Made by a program: the position numbers and the translations under genes. Below, piece after piece: positions 50,008-62,534 of a stretch of 64,000 nucleotides of DNA (position 1 is the stretch's first letter; each line of letters starts with the position of its first letter). The stretch comes from Dimorphilus gyrociliatus (taxonomy: Eukaryota; Animalia; Annelida). The notes under the pieces are model-generated. The model was not told the origin of the DNA. It did not search any database and saw only the letters and a program-made list of their open reading frames with translations. The stretch is from NCBI GenBank assembly GCA_904063045.1, contig CAJFCJ010000020.1:1294916-1358915 (forward strand), given 5' to 3'.

Positions 50008-52529
50008 ATGTCTATCGGTCTATTGACATCTTCTCTCCGAACTTTAAAAACGGTCGGAGAGAAGATGCCCTACGAGAGAGCCTTGAATTTTATATCAACA
50101 CAAGTTGAAGATATGAAAAACTCGATCGTGTCTAAAGACTATTCTCATCTGACGACTAGACGAACAAGATCAGAGCTGGTGCGTCTGAGTGCTGCTGTAT
50201 GTGGAATAGAGTTCTGTTATGCAGCCGAAACTGCCTTTGTAAGTCCTACACTGCTTGCAATTGGAGTTCCTCGTGCCCTTATGACTTTAGTATGGTGCGC
50301 AAGCCCCTTGTTAGGATTCTTCCTTGTTCCTATTCTCGGTTCTGCCAGCGATAGATGTAAATTTTCTCTCGGAAGGCGTAGACCCTTTATATTAATTCTT
50401 TCTATAGGAATTATTCTAGGGCTACTCTTTGTACCTAACGGTACAGAATGGGGAAGATCTTTAGGCGATTCCTCCTTACACATTCTAGTGAACTCGACTG
50501 ACAATTCGACTACGTATAACTCGACTAGTCATTTGGTCTCAATTCGAACTCCTGTCAATCAAAGACCGAAAGGTATCTTTATGACAATCTTAGGAGTAAT
50601 TATGTTGGATATGTGTTGCGATGGCTGTCAGTCACCGTGTAGAGCTTATCTTTTAGACGTAACGGTACAAGCTGATCATCCAATTGGTTTAACTACCTTT
50701 ACGATACTTGCTGGATTAGGTGGATCGTTAGGTTACATAATTGGCGGCATTGACTGGCAAAAAGCCTCTTTAGCAAATTCCTTTTCAGCCGATGTTAGCA
50801 TTGTCTTTACATTAGTTCTCTTCATTTACATAATTGCCGTATTGATAACGATAACTGCTGTTAGAGAAATTCCTTTAGATAAATTGGAACTTCCACCGTC
50901 TGAAGATCAGTGTGTGCAAGTTTGCGCTTCCGGTAATAAATACAGAAAATTTAGTAATGAGGAAGATGATGTTGAAGGTAGTACCATTTACGGAGCCACT
51001 GATAACGTAAATCCGGTAAGTAATTAACACAAATGTCACGAAAGGTAGAAGAGTAGAATTCCTTCAGCCATTTCTTCCAATTAAAAAAGAAACTCATAAA
51101 TCTCTAATATTTAAAAACAAATCTTTACTTATTTTCTATTCATTTTGTATTTTATAACTAAATCGCATAGCCATAGCGATACCTTATCTTCAAAAGACAA
51201 TTAAGTTATAACATGCAGTGGCGCCATCTTTATTTCAAAATCAGATTAATTAAATCATCATTTTCTCTACTCGATCCCAATATTAATTAAATGAGAGATG
51301 TAAAAGACAATATTTCATTAGTTATAGAATATTAAATTTCCAGATAATCATATGGTATTACTAATAAATTTGTATATTTTCGTAATTAACTAAATATTTA
51401 TTATCATAATATTCAGATACCTAAAATTGATGATGGGAAAGATGTAGGTAACACAAATATTTCTATTTATATTACTAAAGAACAGGTAAATTATTTTATG
51501 TCTATAAATAAACTCGTTAAATTGAAAAAAAAATGAAATTTTAAGAAAAAAAAGAACTTTTTATGAACTTCAGACAAAAGAAGAAAACGATGAAGAAAAT
51601 ACGACGAATACAGAATATTTACCTTCTGAAGTAACGATCAAAGTATATTTGAAATCTATAATACAAATGCCAAGATCCATGATTATTCTTTGCCTGACAA
51701 ATTTATTTTGTTGGATGTCACTGGTATGCTATTCCCTATATTTCACCGATTTTGTTGGACAAACCGTCTATGGTGGGGATCCATCAGCTGAAGAAGGTTC
51801 GGAAAAACGAATAAAATACGAAAATGGTGTTAGAATGGGTAGTCTAGGAATGTCCTTATACTCGATTTCTTGTAGTTTCTATTCTTTAATTATAGAAAAG
51901 CTGGTCAAAAAATTCAGTAAGATTTTTTTCTTAAGTAAAGTTATAATTTTCAATGTGGAATAATGTTTTTTTCCCGGAAATTGGCAGAAGCCAGGAACGT
52001 TTATGTAATTAGTCAGCTTGTTTACACTTGTGGTATGATACTGCTCGCTATATCAAGAAGTAAGGCAGCAGTGATTTTACTGTCACCAACTGCCGGAGTT
52101 ATGTACGCTACTCTATTTACAATGCCTTATCTGTTAGTGGCCCACTATCATTCAAATGATACGGTAAGGATTTTACAAGATAAAAGCATATTTACAATTT
52201 ATCCTGAAGTTAACTCTCCTCTTTGTTCATAAATTTTTATCTAAATTCGGAATTAACAAATCAAACAAACATAAATTTTTTAATGCTTATTAAAACAGTT
52301 TGAAGAAACTTCCGAAATATCATCGAAAACAAAGAAAAATGTTAGAGGTCTTGGAACTGATATTGCCGTAGTATCTTCTATGGTATTTCTGGCCCAATTA
52401 TTGCTTTCAGCAATAATGGGAAGCTTAGAGAAATTAATAAATTCGACTGTACCAGTTGTCATTTGCGCAGCTGTTCTGAGCTTTTGCGGCGCAATAACAG
52501 CAACGCAAGTTTTGTATCTGGATTTATAA
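50008..52529 (+). CDS. SLC45 family proton-coupled sugar transporter (MFS; SLC45A/lovit-like)
   Basis: LSAAVCGIEFCYAAETAFVSP, GSASDRC..LGRRRPFI, QSPCRAYLLDV, GLGGSLGY, FTDFVGQTVYGGDP and YATLFTMPY. Exons about 50008-51015, 51417-51485, 51574-51916, 51988-52161, 52298-52529. Confidence 0.92.
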
Positions 52530-52911
52530 TTTCTCAGATTAACTCTAAATATATATAAATGTGTATATCTTATTTACAAATATCTATTTTAACAGTTATC
52601 TGAAAAAAAGTGTGTTTGTCGCAATATTCTATAAATAATGTGTAAAATTTAATATCCCAAGTTTATTATCTCATAAAGTTACATCATTAAAAGGCAAATT
52701 ATAGAAATACAATCCCTCTATTAATGCATATCTTGCAATGTCACTAACATAATTAAGTTTGTCATGCGTTTATCAAGCCTAAAAGTAGAATGACAATAAA
52801 AGGCTTGAAAACATATTTTGTCATATTTAATCGTAAACTATACATATATTCTCGTTCCATGTTATTAATTTAATTACATTAATATAATATAACTATATAT
52901 ACTATATACTG

Positions 52912-52936
52912 TATATATATATATATATATATATAT
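52912..52936. repeat. (TA)n microsatellite downstream of the SLC45 gene
   Basis: Direct reading. Confidence 0.9.
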
Positions 52937-53956
52937 TCTGTATATATAATCCTATAATATTTATATAATATTATATTTATTGACTTATTTACCATTTAAC
53001 TGACTATTCGAATTCAATACAAAAAGAAAGTACAAAACTAATTGTTTCAATAATAGAATATTCGAGTTTTTCTTTCTTTCTACCTCTTTTTACTAAAAGT
53101 AAAAATTGTCTATTTATGTAAAATTAATTGTAAAAACAATCGATTATTCTAATCTAGACGTTTTTTTTTCTATGCAATTTCCTATAAAAAAATTGAAAAA
53201 TAACAATCAAACAAAACGGGGGTAAAGTCAGAAAGAAAACATTATATTAAACATCGTCTGCTTTTTAATAAACATTATATTAATAGATTAAAAACTGTAG
53301 ATTATGAATACTTTTTTAAAAATTGCTGATATTCTTGTAATTTGTGACTTTGATCGTAATATTTGATTTCTTTATCGCGTAGAGGATTAATGTCTAATCC
53401 GATACCGTCCCTAAGTACTTCCGGAAATATTTAAGTAAAGAAAACATATGCTTTACGAGTACAATTACACTATTAAAATGCTGGAATAATTTTTCTTTTA
53501 CTCCCCTGTCTCCTAATCTCTCTTCCAAATTCCAATCTATTTTGTCCACCACCCCCAGCCCGTCCTTTCTTGTACTATATCCTAAAATACTTTTATTGTG
53601 CGATGACTAAAACACTAACCGCAAAAGAAAATTTCTGATAACGAAATGAAAAAAAAGAATTTGTATTGATAGGCCTAATTTGTCGTCAATTTGATATATA
53701 CAATTATAGTTTTCTAAAGAAAAACAACTATCAATAATAAATAGAGAAAGAATAAAATTAAAAATTTTTAGGTTCTCTTTTTGAGCAAAAGATTAAACTT
53801 TTTCCCTATTCAAATAGGAAAGATACAGTTCATATATACAGTATAATGATTTCTTTTTTAAAAAAAAACCAGTTTTGGAGGTATCTATCTCATTTAAAAT
53901 AGCATAAATATTTTATAATTTACTACTCACTTATACTTGTACATAAGAACTTTATA

Positions 53957-56617
53957 CTACAATAAATCTGGATCATTAAAAGTATAAATTTGTAGAGGTA
54001 AAGAGCGTAGAGAGTCTGTTGAAGCGCAAAAAAGTCCTGCTTTTGAATCTTCGTTTAAAAGTTTACCAATTGGAGATGAATATATTGGTGACTTTAATAA
54101 AAAACTTAATGAAAGACAACGCAGAACAGCTGATGAGGTTACTATCTGAGAAATTTTTACCAAAATTACTCCTTTAAAGTTTGACCCATTAAATAGGTTT
54201 TTGGTATAAAAAGCTTCATCATTTAAATGTATTTTTTCAGTTTGAAATTTCCTATAGAGATTCTCACTCACATTTTTCAATAAGCCACCTCCAACTGCTG
54301 GTTCATTATTATTCATCAAAAGTCTAATGCTGAGGTGATAATCCTTAATGGTTTTACTAATATTTCTCCACATAAACAACGAGTAAAACTGCTGGTAACT
54401 TGGAGGCAAATCCATTAGTATGTCTACTCTTATATTTAATCTTCTTTTCTTAAATTCATGACTTTTATCATTTAGTAACGTCTTAAGATTTTCAACTTTT
54501 GAAAAGTTTGAGCAGACGGACGCCAATGAAACATCCTCTTTTTTATCGAAAGAGAAAAGCTCCTATAAAAAACGAATTAGCATTAATTCATATTCATCAA
54601 ATCAAAAGTTAATAGTATAAAACGTATTATTTACCAATAATTTTCCTACTAAATCTGGTATAGAAATATTGCACGTATTTATCATTCCTTTGTATATCCT
54701 GTCAACTAGTTTTTGCAGGTATCCCTGAAATTTTGAACTATTTTCCCCCATTGACCTTTCCCAATTCTTGAACGATTTTGTGCGACTTTTCTGAGCAAAA
54801 AACATTTAATTTCTTTTTATTCTAACATTTAATTTATATTGTAATCAATTAATTGAAATAGAACTAACAGATAATGTATCTAATTGACGATTGAGACTCT
54901 TCAAATATTCAAAATATTCAATCATCCATGGCAAAATTGCAGGCGAAAAACTTGCATAATTTTTATAGTTTATAGTTGAACTTTCTAATATTTCTAGTAT
55001 GTTTAACATGAGTAATTTTTGAACATTTTTTTTATGTAGATTACGATTTTCAAAAGGATAGACATGAAAGAAGAGATTTGAAGGCATTTGACAGGTAACG
55101 TTAGCTTTTAATGCGCATCTAGATAACTCTATGTCATCTGGAATTATATATTTAGGAGCCTCTTTCTCGCACTCATCCAAATTTTCACAGAAATCTTTGT
55201 AGAGAGAGAGAGAGAGACACCAAGATATTTTATATTAAATATAAATAAAACAACTGTTTAATTAAAACCTACCTTTCATTGCTTTTTGAGAAAACATAAT
55301 TGTATTAAAGCCATTGCAGTTTGGTTGATTATTCAATAATTGTAAATCAGTGTCAACAAGAGAATACTGTCTTCTACCGTACATTAACTAAATTCGACAA
55401 TAATTAACAATATTAGTGTTTTTTTCTATTATAGAAGGAAGTATAAAATCTTACAGGAAGTTTATAATTAGAGTTTTTAAATATTTCATCCAAATGATCT
55501 TTACGGATGTAGGTATATTCGGTAGCCCTTATAAACCACTGATAACGATCAACATTGTCACACATCTCGGCTAACATAGGATACATAATTTGATTTAAGT
55601 CGCTTCCCCATAAATTTTTGTCTGTTTAAACAAAAAGATTGAAAGATAGAAAGAAAGTATTGTCTCCATTACGATTGCTATTTTAAAAAATTGACAACTG
55701 CTCAAAGGTTTAAGACTTTCTCTTTAATAACTCAATAACGATTAACAGTCTGATCCATCTTATCTGAATGATTATCTTCATATCCTTAGGTCTTATCGCA
55801 AAAACTACTTTGACACCAGCGTCGACCTGTTTACTTATATTACTTTTTTTTTTTTTACAACATTTTTTCGTTTACCTGTTAAAGTCTTTTATTATACTTT
55901 ATAAGAGTATACTTTATTGATATAGAAGTTTATACATTCCAAACGTCGAAGTTTATATTTGTCTTTAAACTGAATATGCCTACACAGTATATATATTACT
56001 TAAATATACAAGGCGGCGATATGTGATAGAAAATTGATTAATCACCATTTATCCTTTCTGCCACCAATATTCTTAAAGTAAATAACGACCTCTAAATTTT
56101 CTTCAAATAATAACTTACCATATACGACAGTTTCAACTTTTATACGATAATTGCTAGCCTCTGTGAGGAGTGAGCTGCTATCATTCTTGAACACAAGAAC
56201 GTAGTATTTAACATTATCAAAATGTTTAGTCCACGACCTAGAGGTAAATATGTTATCCTTATATCGTTCATCTGACATATAAGCCAAAAAGTACTGATCC
56301 AATGAGTTTACTTTTAGATTTGTTGAATTTGTTGGATTTGTTGGATTTGTTAGATTTGTTGAAGAGGTTGTAACTTTCATGTTAATGTCTTGTTCCGTTA
56401 CAACTTTACTTTCTTTTTTTCGAAATAAAGTGAAATAAACCGCTAAAAGTCCGACACTAATTAATAAAATTGTCACAATAACACCAACAATTATATAATA
56501 AATTTTTTTCCTTCTTCTCCTGTTCCCTTGAGGAGGGCGACTCTGTGCTGGTTCAGGATTGAGACTCTCTCTTTCCTCGGCAGCATCAGTGCCTGATTCT
56601 TCTGTCTCGTTCGACAT
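53957..56617 (-). CDS. Chondroitin synthase/chondroitin polymerizing factor (CHSY/CHPF)-like type II membrane glycosyltransferase homolog, about 620 aa, DxD motifs degenerate
   Basis: The ORF at 56042-56617 (cytoplasmic tail, TM, stem, FLAYMS...SRSWTK) splices at a GTAAGT donor (intron 55622-56118) to DKNLW...YQWFIRATEYTYI. It continues PLMYGR, NCNGFNTIMFSQKAM, DDIELSRC (GT31-like domain) and VDILMDL...VILVKISQ...LRC...PIYSSPI...GLFCAS (GT7-like domain). Other introns: 55388-55454, 55195-55272, 54791-54868, about 54564-54634. Family call is from recalled CHSY1 motifs. Confidence 0.72.
55201..55216. repeat. (AG)8 microsatellite forming the polypyrimidine tract of intron 55195-55272 on the minus strand
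   Basis: Direct reading; sits immediately upstream of the acceptor. Confidence 0.85.
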
Positions 56618-57210
56618 CTAGCGGTTAGAATGAGATCAGCACATATTTCAAAACATGCGTAGCAGCGCTAATTATTATTCATCGGCGGTGATTTCTTCGA
56701 TATCTTACTTGAGGGACAACGTGCTTGGATATCACATATTTAGCATTCACTTGCTTGCCATTGTTGACTATATAGGCTATAAAGTCTTTTTTATCTAGTT
56801 CTTTGTAGTATGGCTACTAAGTGCAATTCAACTGATTAATGACTAATAATACCGGATCATTTTTCCGAAAACGGATGGGGTTTTTGGTATAACTTTTAAA
56901 ATAATAGTTCAACTTTCAGTTTCTAATTTCTTTTCAAAAAAGAAATATTCTTGTAAAGGCTTTTAACCACGCCCGTTCTTGTTCACAAACTCATTATTAG
57001 CCTAATAATTCCAACCGCAATTATTCCTAAAATTCCTCATTGGCTTTTTTACTGCCTATTAAAAAATTGGTAAATACAGTATTACCAAAAATCGCTGGAA
57101 TAGCGATGAGATAGATAGTTTATTCGTGTAACTCAACAACACCATGTCAGTCACAAAAATTAGTGTCGTCAACTTCACTTTTACCTTCCTCTTAAGTAAT
57201 AATACTGGTA

Positions 57211-57230
57211 CACGTGACGTGTCATGTGAC
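57211..57230. promoter_or_regulatory. Tandem E-boxes CACGTGAC and GTCATGTGAC (CLEAR/M-box type, candidate MiT/TFE sites) upstream of SPG21
   Basis: The sequence cacgtgacgtgtcatgtgac lies just upstream of a probable 5' UTR exon (donor about 57255, acceptor 57458) of SPG21. Confidence 0.5.
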
Positions 57231-57468
57231 AACCAAGTAGATAAAAGGCGTAACGTTAGTATTATTCTCTTCTGTTGGATAATCTTCCAGTGATTCGACT
57301 AAAAAATGTTTTTCCCATAATATTATCAATTTGACTCTCAAATGTCATACAAAATTTGCCTTTAATTATTTAGAGTTTTACAATAGCATCTATTCCAGTA
57401 ATATTCTGTTATTATCGCTCAGTTTTGTATTCTAATCTATTTTTAATATCTATTGCAGAACACGGAAA

Positions 57469-58519
57469 ATGGGCGATTTTGTTAAATCTCGTGAATACGA
57501 TAGCTTCAGAAGTAGCATTCCTCAAAAGAAAATTGTCGTCGACGGAGACGAAGACAGAACTTGGGTGATATATGATGCTGGACCTCGAAATATAAGATGT
57601 CCTTTAGTCTTTCTACCTCCCGCCAGTGGTCGAGCTACAGTATTTTATAAGCAGCTGCTGACACTCTCTGCAGCTGGCTATCGTGTTATAGCTCTAGACT
57701 ATCCTGTATATTGGAATATGAAACAATGGAATGAAGGATTCTGCAAGTTAATAGACTATTTGCGTCTAGATAAAGTACGAAGTTAAAATGGGATTACAAA
57801 TCATTGATTATACTTTAAACTTTTTACACATCTACTTACAGATACATATATTTGGTGCTTCACTTGGAGGTTATCTTGGACAAAAATTTGCTGAGAGCAC
57901 TTACCTAGCTCAGAGGGTACAATCACTAATACTATGCAACTCTTTCTCTGATACCAGCATCTTCCAGCAAAGTAACTCTGCTCCGGCGTAAGTCAGATAA
58001 AATTCTAATTAATTTTTATCGTTTAGACTTCGTTGCATTTTCCCCATTAGGTATTGGATGTTGCCGGGCGTTATACTCAAGAAAATGATTATGGGCAATT
58101 TTGAAAGAGGCCGTGTTGATAAGGGCATAGCCGCCTCAGTAGACTTTATGGTTGACAGTTTGGATAGTTTAGGACAGCAGGAATTGGCGTCTAGACTGAC
58201 TTTAAACTGTATGAACTCATATGTTGAAGCGCACAAACTTGGCGATATACCCGTAACAATTATTGATGTATTGGACACCAGTGCTTTATCAGTTTCAGTT
58301 AAAGATGATATGTTTAAATGCTATCCTAGCGCGCGAAGAGCTCACTTGAAGAATGGGGGAAATTTCCCTTACCTTAGCCGAGCAGAGGAAGTTAACGTCT
58401 ACATACAAATTCATTTAAAAAATTTTTGGGGATCAAAAGAGAGTGCGCTTTCGGGTGATAGAGAGATGGAAATGCTGTCAACAAAATCTACAGAATCGGA
58501 TGATAGTACTTCTAACTAA
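57469..58519 (+). CDS. SPG21: Maspardin (SPG21/ACP33), alpha/beta-hydrolase fold
   Basis: SEYDSFR-like start, [56 protein letters not shown] and GGNFPYLSR; 3 coding exons with short introns. Confidence 0.95.
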
Positions 58520-58614
58520 CTATTTTTACTGATGTTATGTTTTTTAACACTAATAAAAGAACACGAATTTCAATATTTTCACAATTATGTATTTCTTAAA
58601 GATACATAAATTGC

Positions 58615-59494
58615 TTAAAAAGATTTTGCGGCTTGTTCCCTGGTTGGAGCACGAGCTGCTGGCTTGGCCAAGTAATCTGTAAATTCTTGGTATGGAGACT
58701 TGGTGAAGACGGTCTCCTTCCACAAATCTGGTGTAAGATAACTGAAAGTCTTCGCAATAGCGCTGTATGTTGCCTTAGCTGAAAAAAACAGTTTATTAGT
58801 TTTAATTTCATAATTTTAGTGAAATTTTACCGAAATTGCCCAAAGTTGCGGATTGACCACGAGTACAAGTGTATACATCCTCGATACCGGCCATAGACAA
58901 CAACTTCTTTGGAACAGGAGCGGAAACGATTCCGGTACCACGTGGAGCTGGGATAAGACGTACAGTTACAGAACCGCACTTTCCAGTAACCTTGCATGGT
59001 ACGGTATGTGGTTTACCGATCTTGTTACCCCAATATCCTCTTCTGACAGGAATAACAGACAGTTTAGCAAGAATGATAGCACCACGGATGGCGGTTGCTA
59101 CTTCCTTGCTACATTTGACGCCTAGACCAACGTGACCGTTGCTATCGCCGATAGCCACAAATGCCTTAAAACGAGTACGTTGTCCGGCACGGGTTTGTTT
59201 TTGGACGGGCATGATTTTCAAAACCTCGTCTTTCAAAGCAGAACCCAAGAAGAAATCGATAATTTCATGCTCTTTGATTGGGAGAGAGAAAAGGTAGATT
59301 TCTTGAAGGGACTTGATTTTAGTGTCCTTTACAAGACGTCCAAGCTTAGTTACTGGAGTCCATTCCTTTTCTCCTTCTTTTCCTCCACGACCTCTACCAC
59401 GGCCTCTTCCTCTTCCACGGCCTCTACCACGGCCACGTCCTCCGAATCCACCTCTAAAACCGCCTCGACCACCGGCTGGTGCAGCGTCCGCCAT
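58615..59494 (-). CDS. RPS2: 40S ribosomal protein S2 (uS5)
   Basis: RG-rich N-terminus, [29 protein letters not shown] and TLGNF|AKATY across an intron at about 58780-58826; stop at 58615-58617. Confidence 0.98.
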
Positions 59495-59687
59495 TGCTAT
59501 AACAAATTCATGTTAAATTCCCTAAATCGAGTGTTTATAGAAAAAATTCTTCAAGGGGTAACTAGCAGATGGATTAAACTACATTTTCAGCGACAAAATA
59601 TTAATAAAATATTTTAATCAAACATGATTTTTTAAGATTAATCCATCCAAGTATCCCTCATGGTGTTGGTACTTACGTGATATTTTT

Positions 59688-59697
59688 GAGAAGGAAG
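59688..59697 (-). promoter_or_regulatory. Polypyrimidine initiator / 5' TOP-like tract of RPS2
   Basis: Minus-strand CTTCCTTCTC precedes a short untranslated exon ending at a GTAAGT donor (59676), whose intron ends just before the ATG; typical of ribosomal protein genes. Confidence 0.6.
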
Positions 59698-59750
59698 TAG
59701 TTTCATTTTTTTCTCCAGATATAGAACTCGAACAAGAGAGATAAATTTTC

Positions 59751-59789
59751 AAAATGGCCGATATACTTTTATTACATTGTTGCCATTTT
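59751..59789. promoter_or_regulatory. Two opposed YY1/Pho-like cores (AAAATGGCCG; GCCATTTT) in the RPS2 promoter
   Basis: Motif match about 55-90 nt upstream of the TOP tract. YY1 sites are common in ribosomal protein promoters, but short motifs are weak evidence. Confidence 0.35.
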
Positions 59790-60431
59790 TATTTATTACT
59801 CATAGCTGACTATTTAAAAAGCTACTAGTGACATCTATAAAAAGCCCGCTTTTTCGTGTATTTTGAATTTATCGATCGTTTGAACTTAAAACATAAATAG
59901 AGATTAACTACTTGCTGCATGCTTTTCATATTTCAAGGCATTGTTCATTCAGCAGAATAATATCTTAAAAGCTAGGAAGAAAATTACTTAATTTAGATTT
60001 TGGAATAATATTTAAAGAGCAATTGAAAAATATCTTTTTCACAGTTTATTTTAGTTTATCTTAAGCACGATTACTCCTTAGAAATTTCTAAAATCAGGAA
60101 CAAACGACCTCAATTTTAGAGATATTACATTTTACTCTTTATACTATTGCAAAAAGACGTCCTCAAGTTATTAATAACGCCATCTGCTTTGTTGAAGCTA
60201 TCGATGAAATTGATTTCCTGGCCGTCAGCCGTCAATTGAATATTTATAAATTCGAGAGGGAAACAAAACATTAAACAGTAACGGGTTTAAATAAGTAAAG
60301 CATTGGATTATTTCGTGCCAACACGTAAGATATATCTTACGCCTAACAGGGCAGCAGGCCTAGCTGCTGTCGCTTGCCATTTTGAAAGACGCCACCAGCT
60401 CGCCAACAAGAAAAGTTAGTATGAAAATTTA

Positions 60432-61464
60432 ATGTCGAGTTGTCTGTGTTTCGATAGAAAAAATCAAGTTTTACCATTTACTGAAGAAAACGACGATTCT
60501 CCATTGGAGTTAGTTCGTGACGGTAGGAACTTGTGTGTTCGTCATTTTAACAAAAGAGAAAGAAGCGAGAAGCTATGCAAAGAAGTTTCGCTATTGAGGA
60601 ACGGATTAATAAAACAAAATTTGAAATCATCACTTGAAGGATTAAGACTATCAGGATCTGTTCGGTCTAAAGAGGATACAATTCTTTTTTTCATTCACGG
60701 CGTTGGCGGCTCTTCTTACGTTTGGAAAAGCCAATTAGACTTTTTTTCACGAATTGGATACGAGGTCATTGCTCTCGATCTGATTGGTCATGGTTTTAGC
60801 GATACACCCAGAAAACGAGAAGCCTATACATTTCATGAAATATCACTCGATGTCCTTACACTCTTCGATTTGAAATGTCGAAAAAAGAATGTTATTATAG
60901 GCCATTCGTACGGGTATGTTACTTTTCAGCATTAATTACTAAATACCTCAACGTACATATTTATATTATCCCATGGTAACGGACAGGTGTTGTTTCGCCG
61001 CTGTCCTAGCTCGACAACGTCCACGATTAGTATCTCGTCTAGTTATGATTTCTGGGGGTGGACCCACGCCATTAGCACCTCAAACAGGAGTATTTTCTCT
61101 TCCTTTATCGATTTTAATCTGTATTCGACCAATATTAACAAGGGTCTTTAATAAGTTTGCATTTAACGAACGAAAACTAAAGAATCGTCGATTGGCCTTT
61201 GACGTTTCCACTTTTGTTCTAAAAAATACAATGCGAGGTCAAATGTGGTTAGAAGGTAATGCAACTTATCATAGTTGGATAAGGTGTCCTACACTCTTAA
61301 TTCATGGTGCTGCTGATAAATTAGTTCGATTAGATGAAGAATACGAAATGCAGAGAACGATTGAAGAGTCCCATTTGGATATTTTACCTCAAGCAGGTCA
61401 TATGGTAATGATGGAAAAGCCAGCTGAGGTAAATGAAAAGATACTAAACTTTTTAAACTCCTAA
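60432..61464 (+). CDS. ABHD8: Alpha/beta hydrolase domain-containing protein 8
   Basis: LFFIHGVGGS, GYEVIALDLIGHGFS, YTF, GHSYG|CCF (intron about 60915-60998), ISGGGPT and GHMVMME match ABHD8; the nucleophile Ser is retained. Confidence 0.88.
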
Positions 61465-62534
61465 TGAAAGAGATGTAAAGATGAAAATAAGCTGCACTTC
61501 TCTTTAACTGTTTTAAATTGAAAAAGCTTCCATTTTATATTTATATATACATTTTTTTAAGTGAAAAAACACCACGTAATACGGAAATTATACCACTTTC
61601 TCTATTTTTTTTAAATAAAAAACAAAAACCGATTGTTTACAAATCAATGAATTACGCTAGAAAGTCTACAAGAGAGTAATATTAATAATTATCATTAATA
61701 ACATACTTACAAAAATTTGATTAATAGACTCTTCCGATTAGCGGTTTTATACTAAGCAATTCAATAAATTTTATACTTGATTACAATGCTGTTAGAAATG
61801 AAAAGATAGAACTTATTTATGAAAATACTTTATTAAGAGTTTGTAATAAATACTTTAGTAGAGTAGTTTGGTGCTATAAACTATACACAAGTTGATCTTA
61901 TATTCTAGCTAATATTCGATTTATTCAACTTTACATAACAGATAAAATCTGCAGTACTAATAAACGTTAATATATATAAATATATATATTTATTTATTAA
62001 CTCTCATAACACGAATGGGCCGTTCTTTATGTAATAGAAAAGAAAAGGGAAGATTGTTCTTTAATCAATAAATACAAAAAATAATCAGTTTGCAAAGTCT
62101 TTTAACATGGAAATTTTCCCACCAGAAATAATGTTTTTTCTATGCGGATGTTCTCTTCTTTCATACTATTTTTATAATATTATTTAAATCAAACAGAAGG
62201 TTATTTTTTTCGATTTTCCCTTCCACTCCCACTCGTATTTAATCGATTGTCTTCATTTGGTACAAATTGAAACATTTCCATTTAAAATTAATGGATTTTA
62301 AGATTACCTACACCTTTCCAGTTTCAATTAATATCGGGTAAGAAAGGGAGGTGGCGATAATTGAGAACAGTATTGAACTTGCCAAACGTTATTATGAAAG
62401 CAGGCGGTGGATCAATACTAAACAAGTAAATGCAGCGTTGTTTGTAAGATGATCTCGATTAATGTAAATCTACATCTCTGTTATCTATCACATTGAAATT
62501 TAAAGGCGAAGACAAGCTTACTCTCAAAGTAGCT

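Noticed and set aside
53384-53400. Inverted K50 homeodomain (Otx-type) sites GGATTA...TAATCC downstream of SLC45
   Set aside because: Six-base AT-rich motifs recur often in this window; no independent support.
53957-55621. GREB1/TAGT-like or chaperonin-like (BBS) identity for the 54-55.6 kb exons
   Set aside because: The resemblances were patchy. The GT31 plus GT7 chondroitin-synthase motif order, together with the in-phase TM exon, explains the whole protein better.
55622-56118. Hidden exons or a nested gene in the 497-nt intron
   Set aside because: All frames I tried hit stops or lacked matching splice phases.
56042-56617. Stand-alone 191-aa single-pass membrane protein
   Set aside because: It contains a perfect GTAAGT donor at 56118 whose phase matches the acceptor at 55622, so it is better read as the first coding exon of the CHSY-like gene.
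58853-59617. Several overlapping plus-strand ORFs
   Set aside because: Antisense shadows of the GC-richer RPS2 coding sequence.
60324-60341. Perfect 18-bp palindrome CGTAAGATATATCTTACG, resembling a 25-nt micro-intron
   Set aside because: About one such palindrome is expected by chance at this base composition. It more plausibly lies in an ordinary 54-nt leader intron (60296-60349) of ABHD8.
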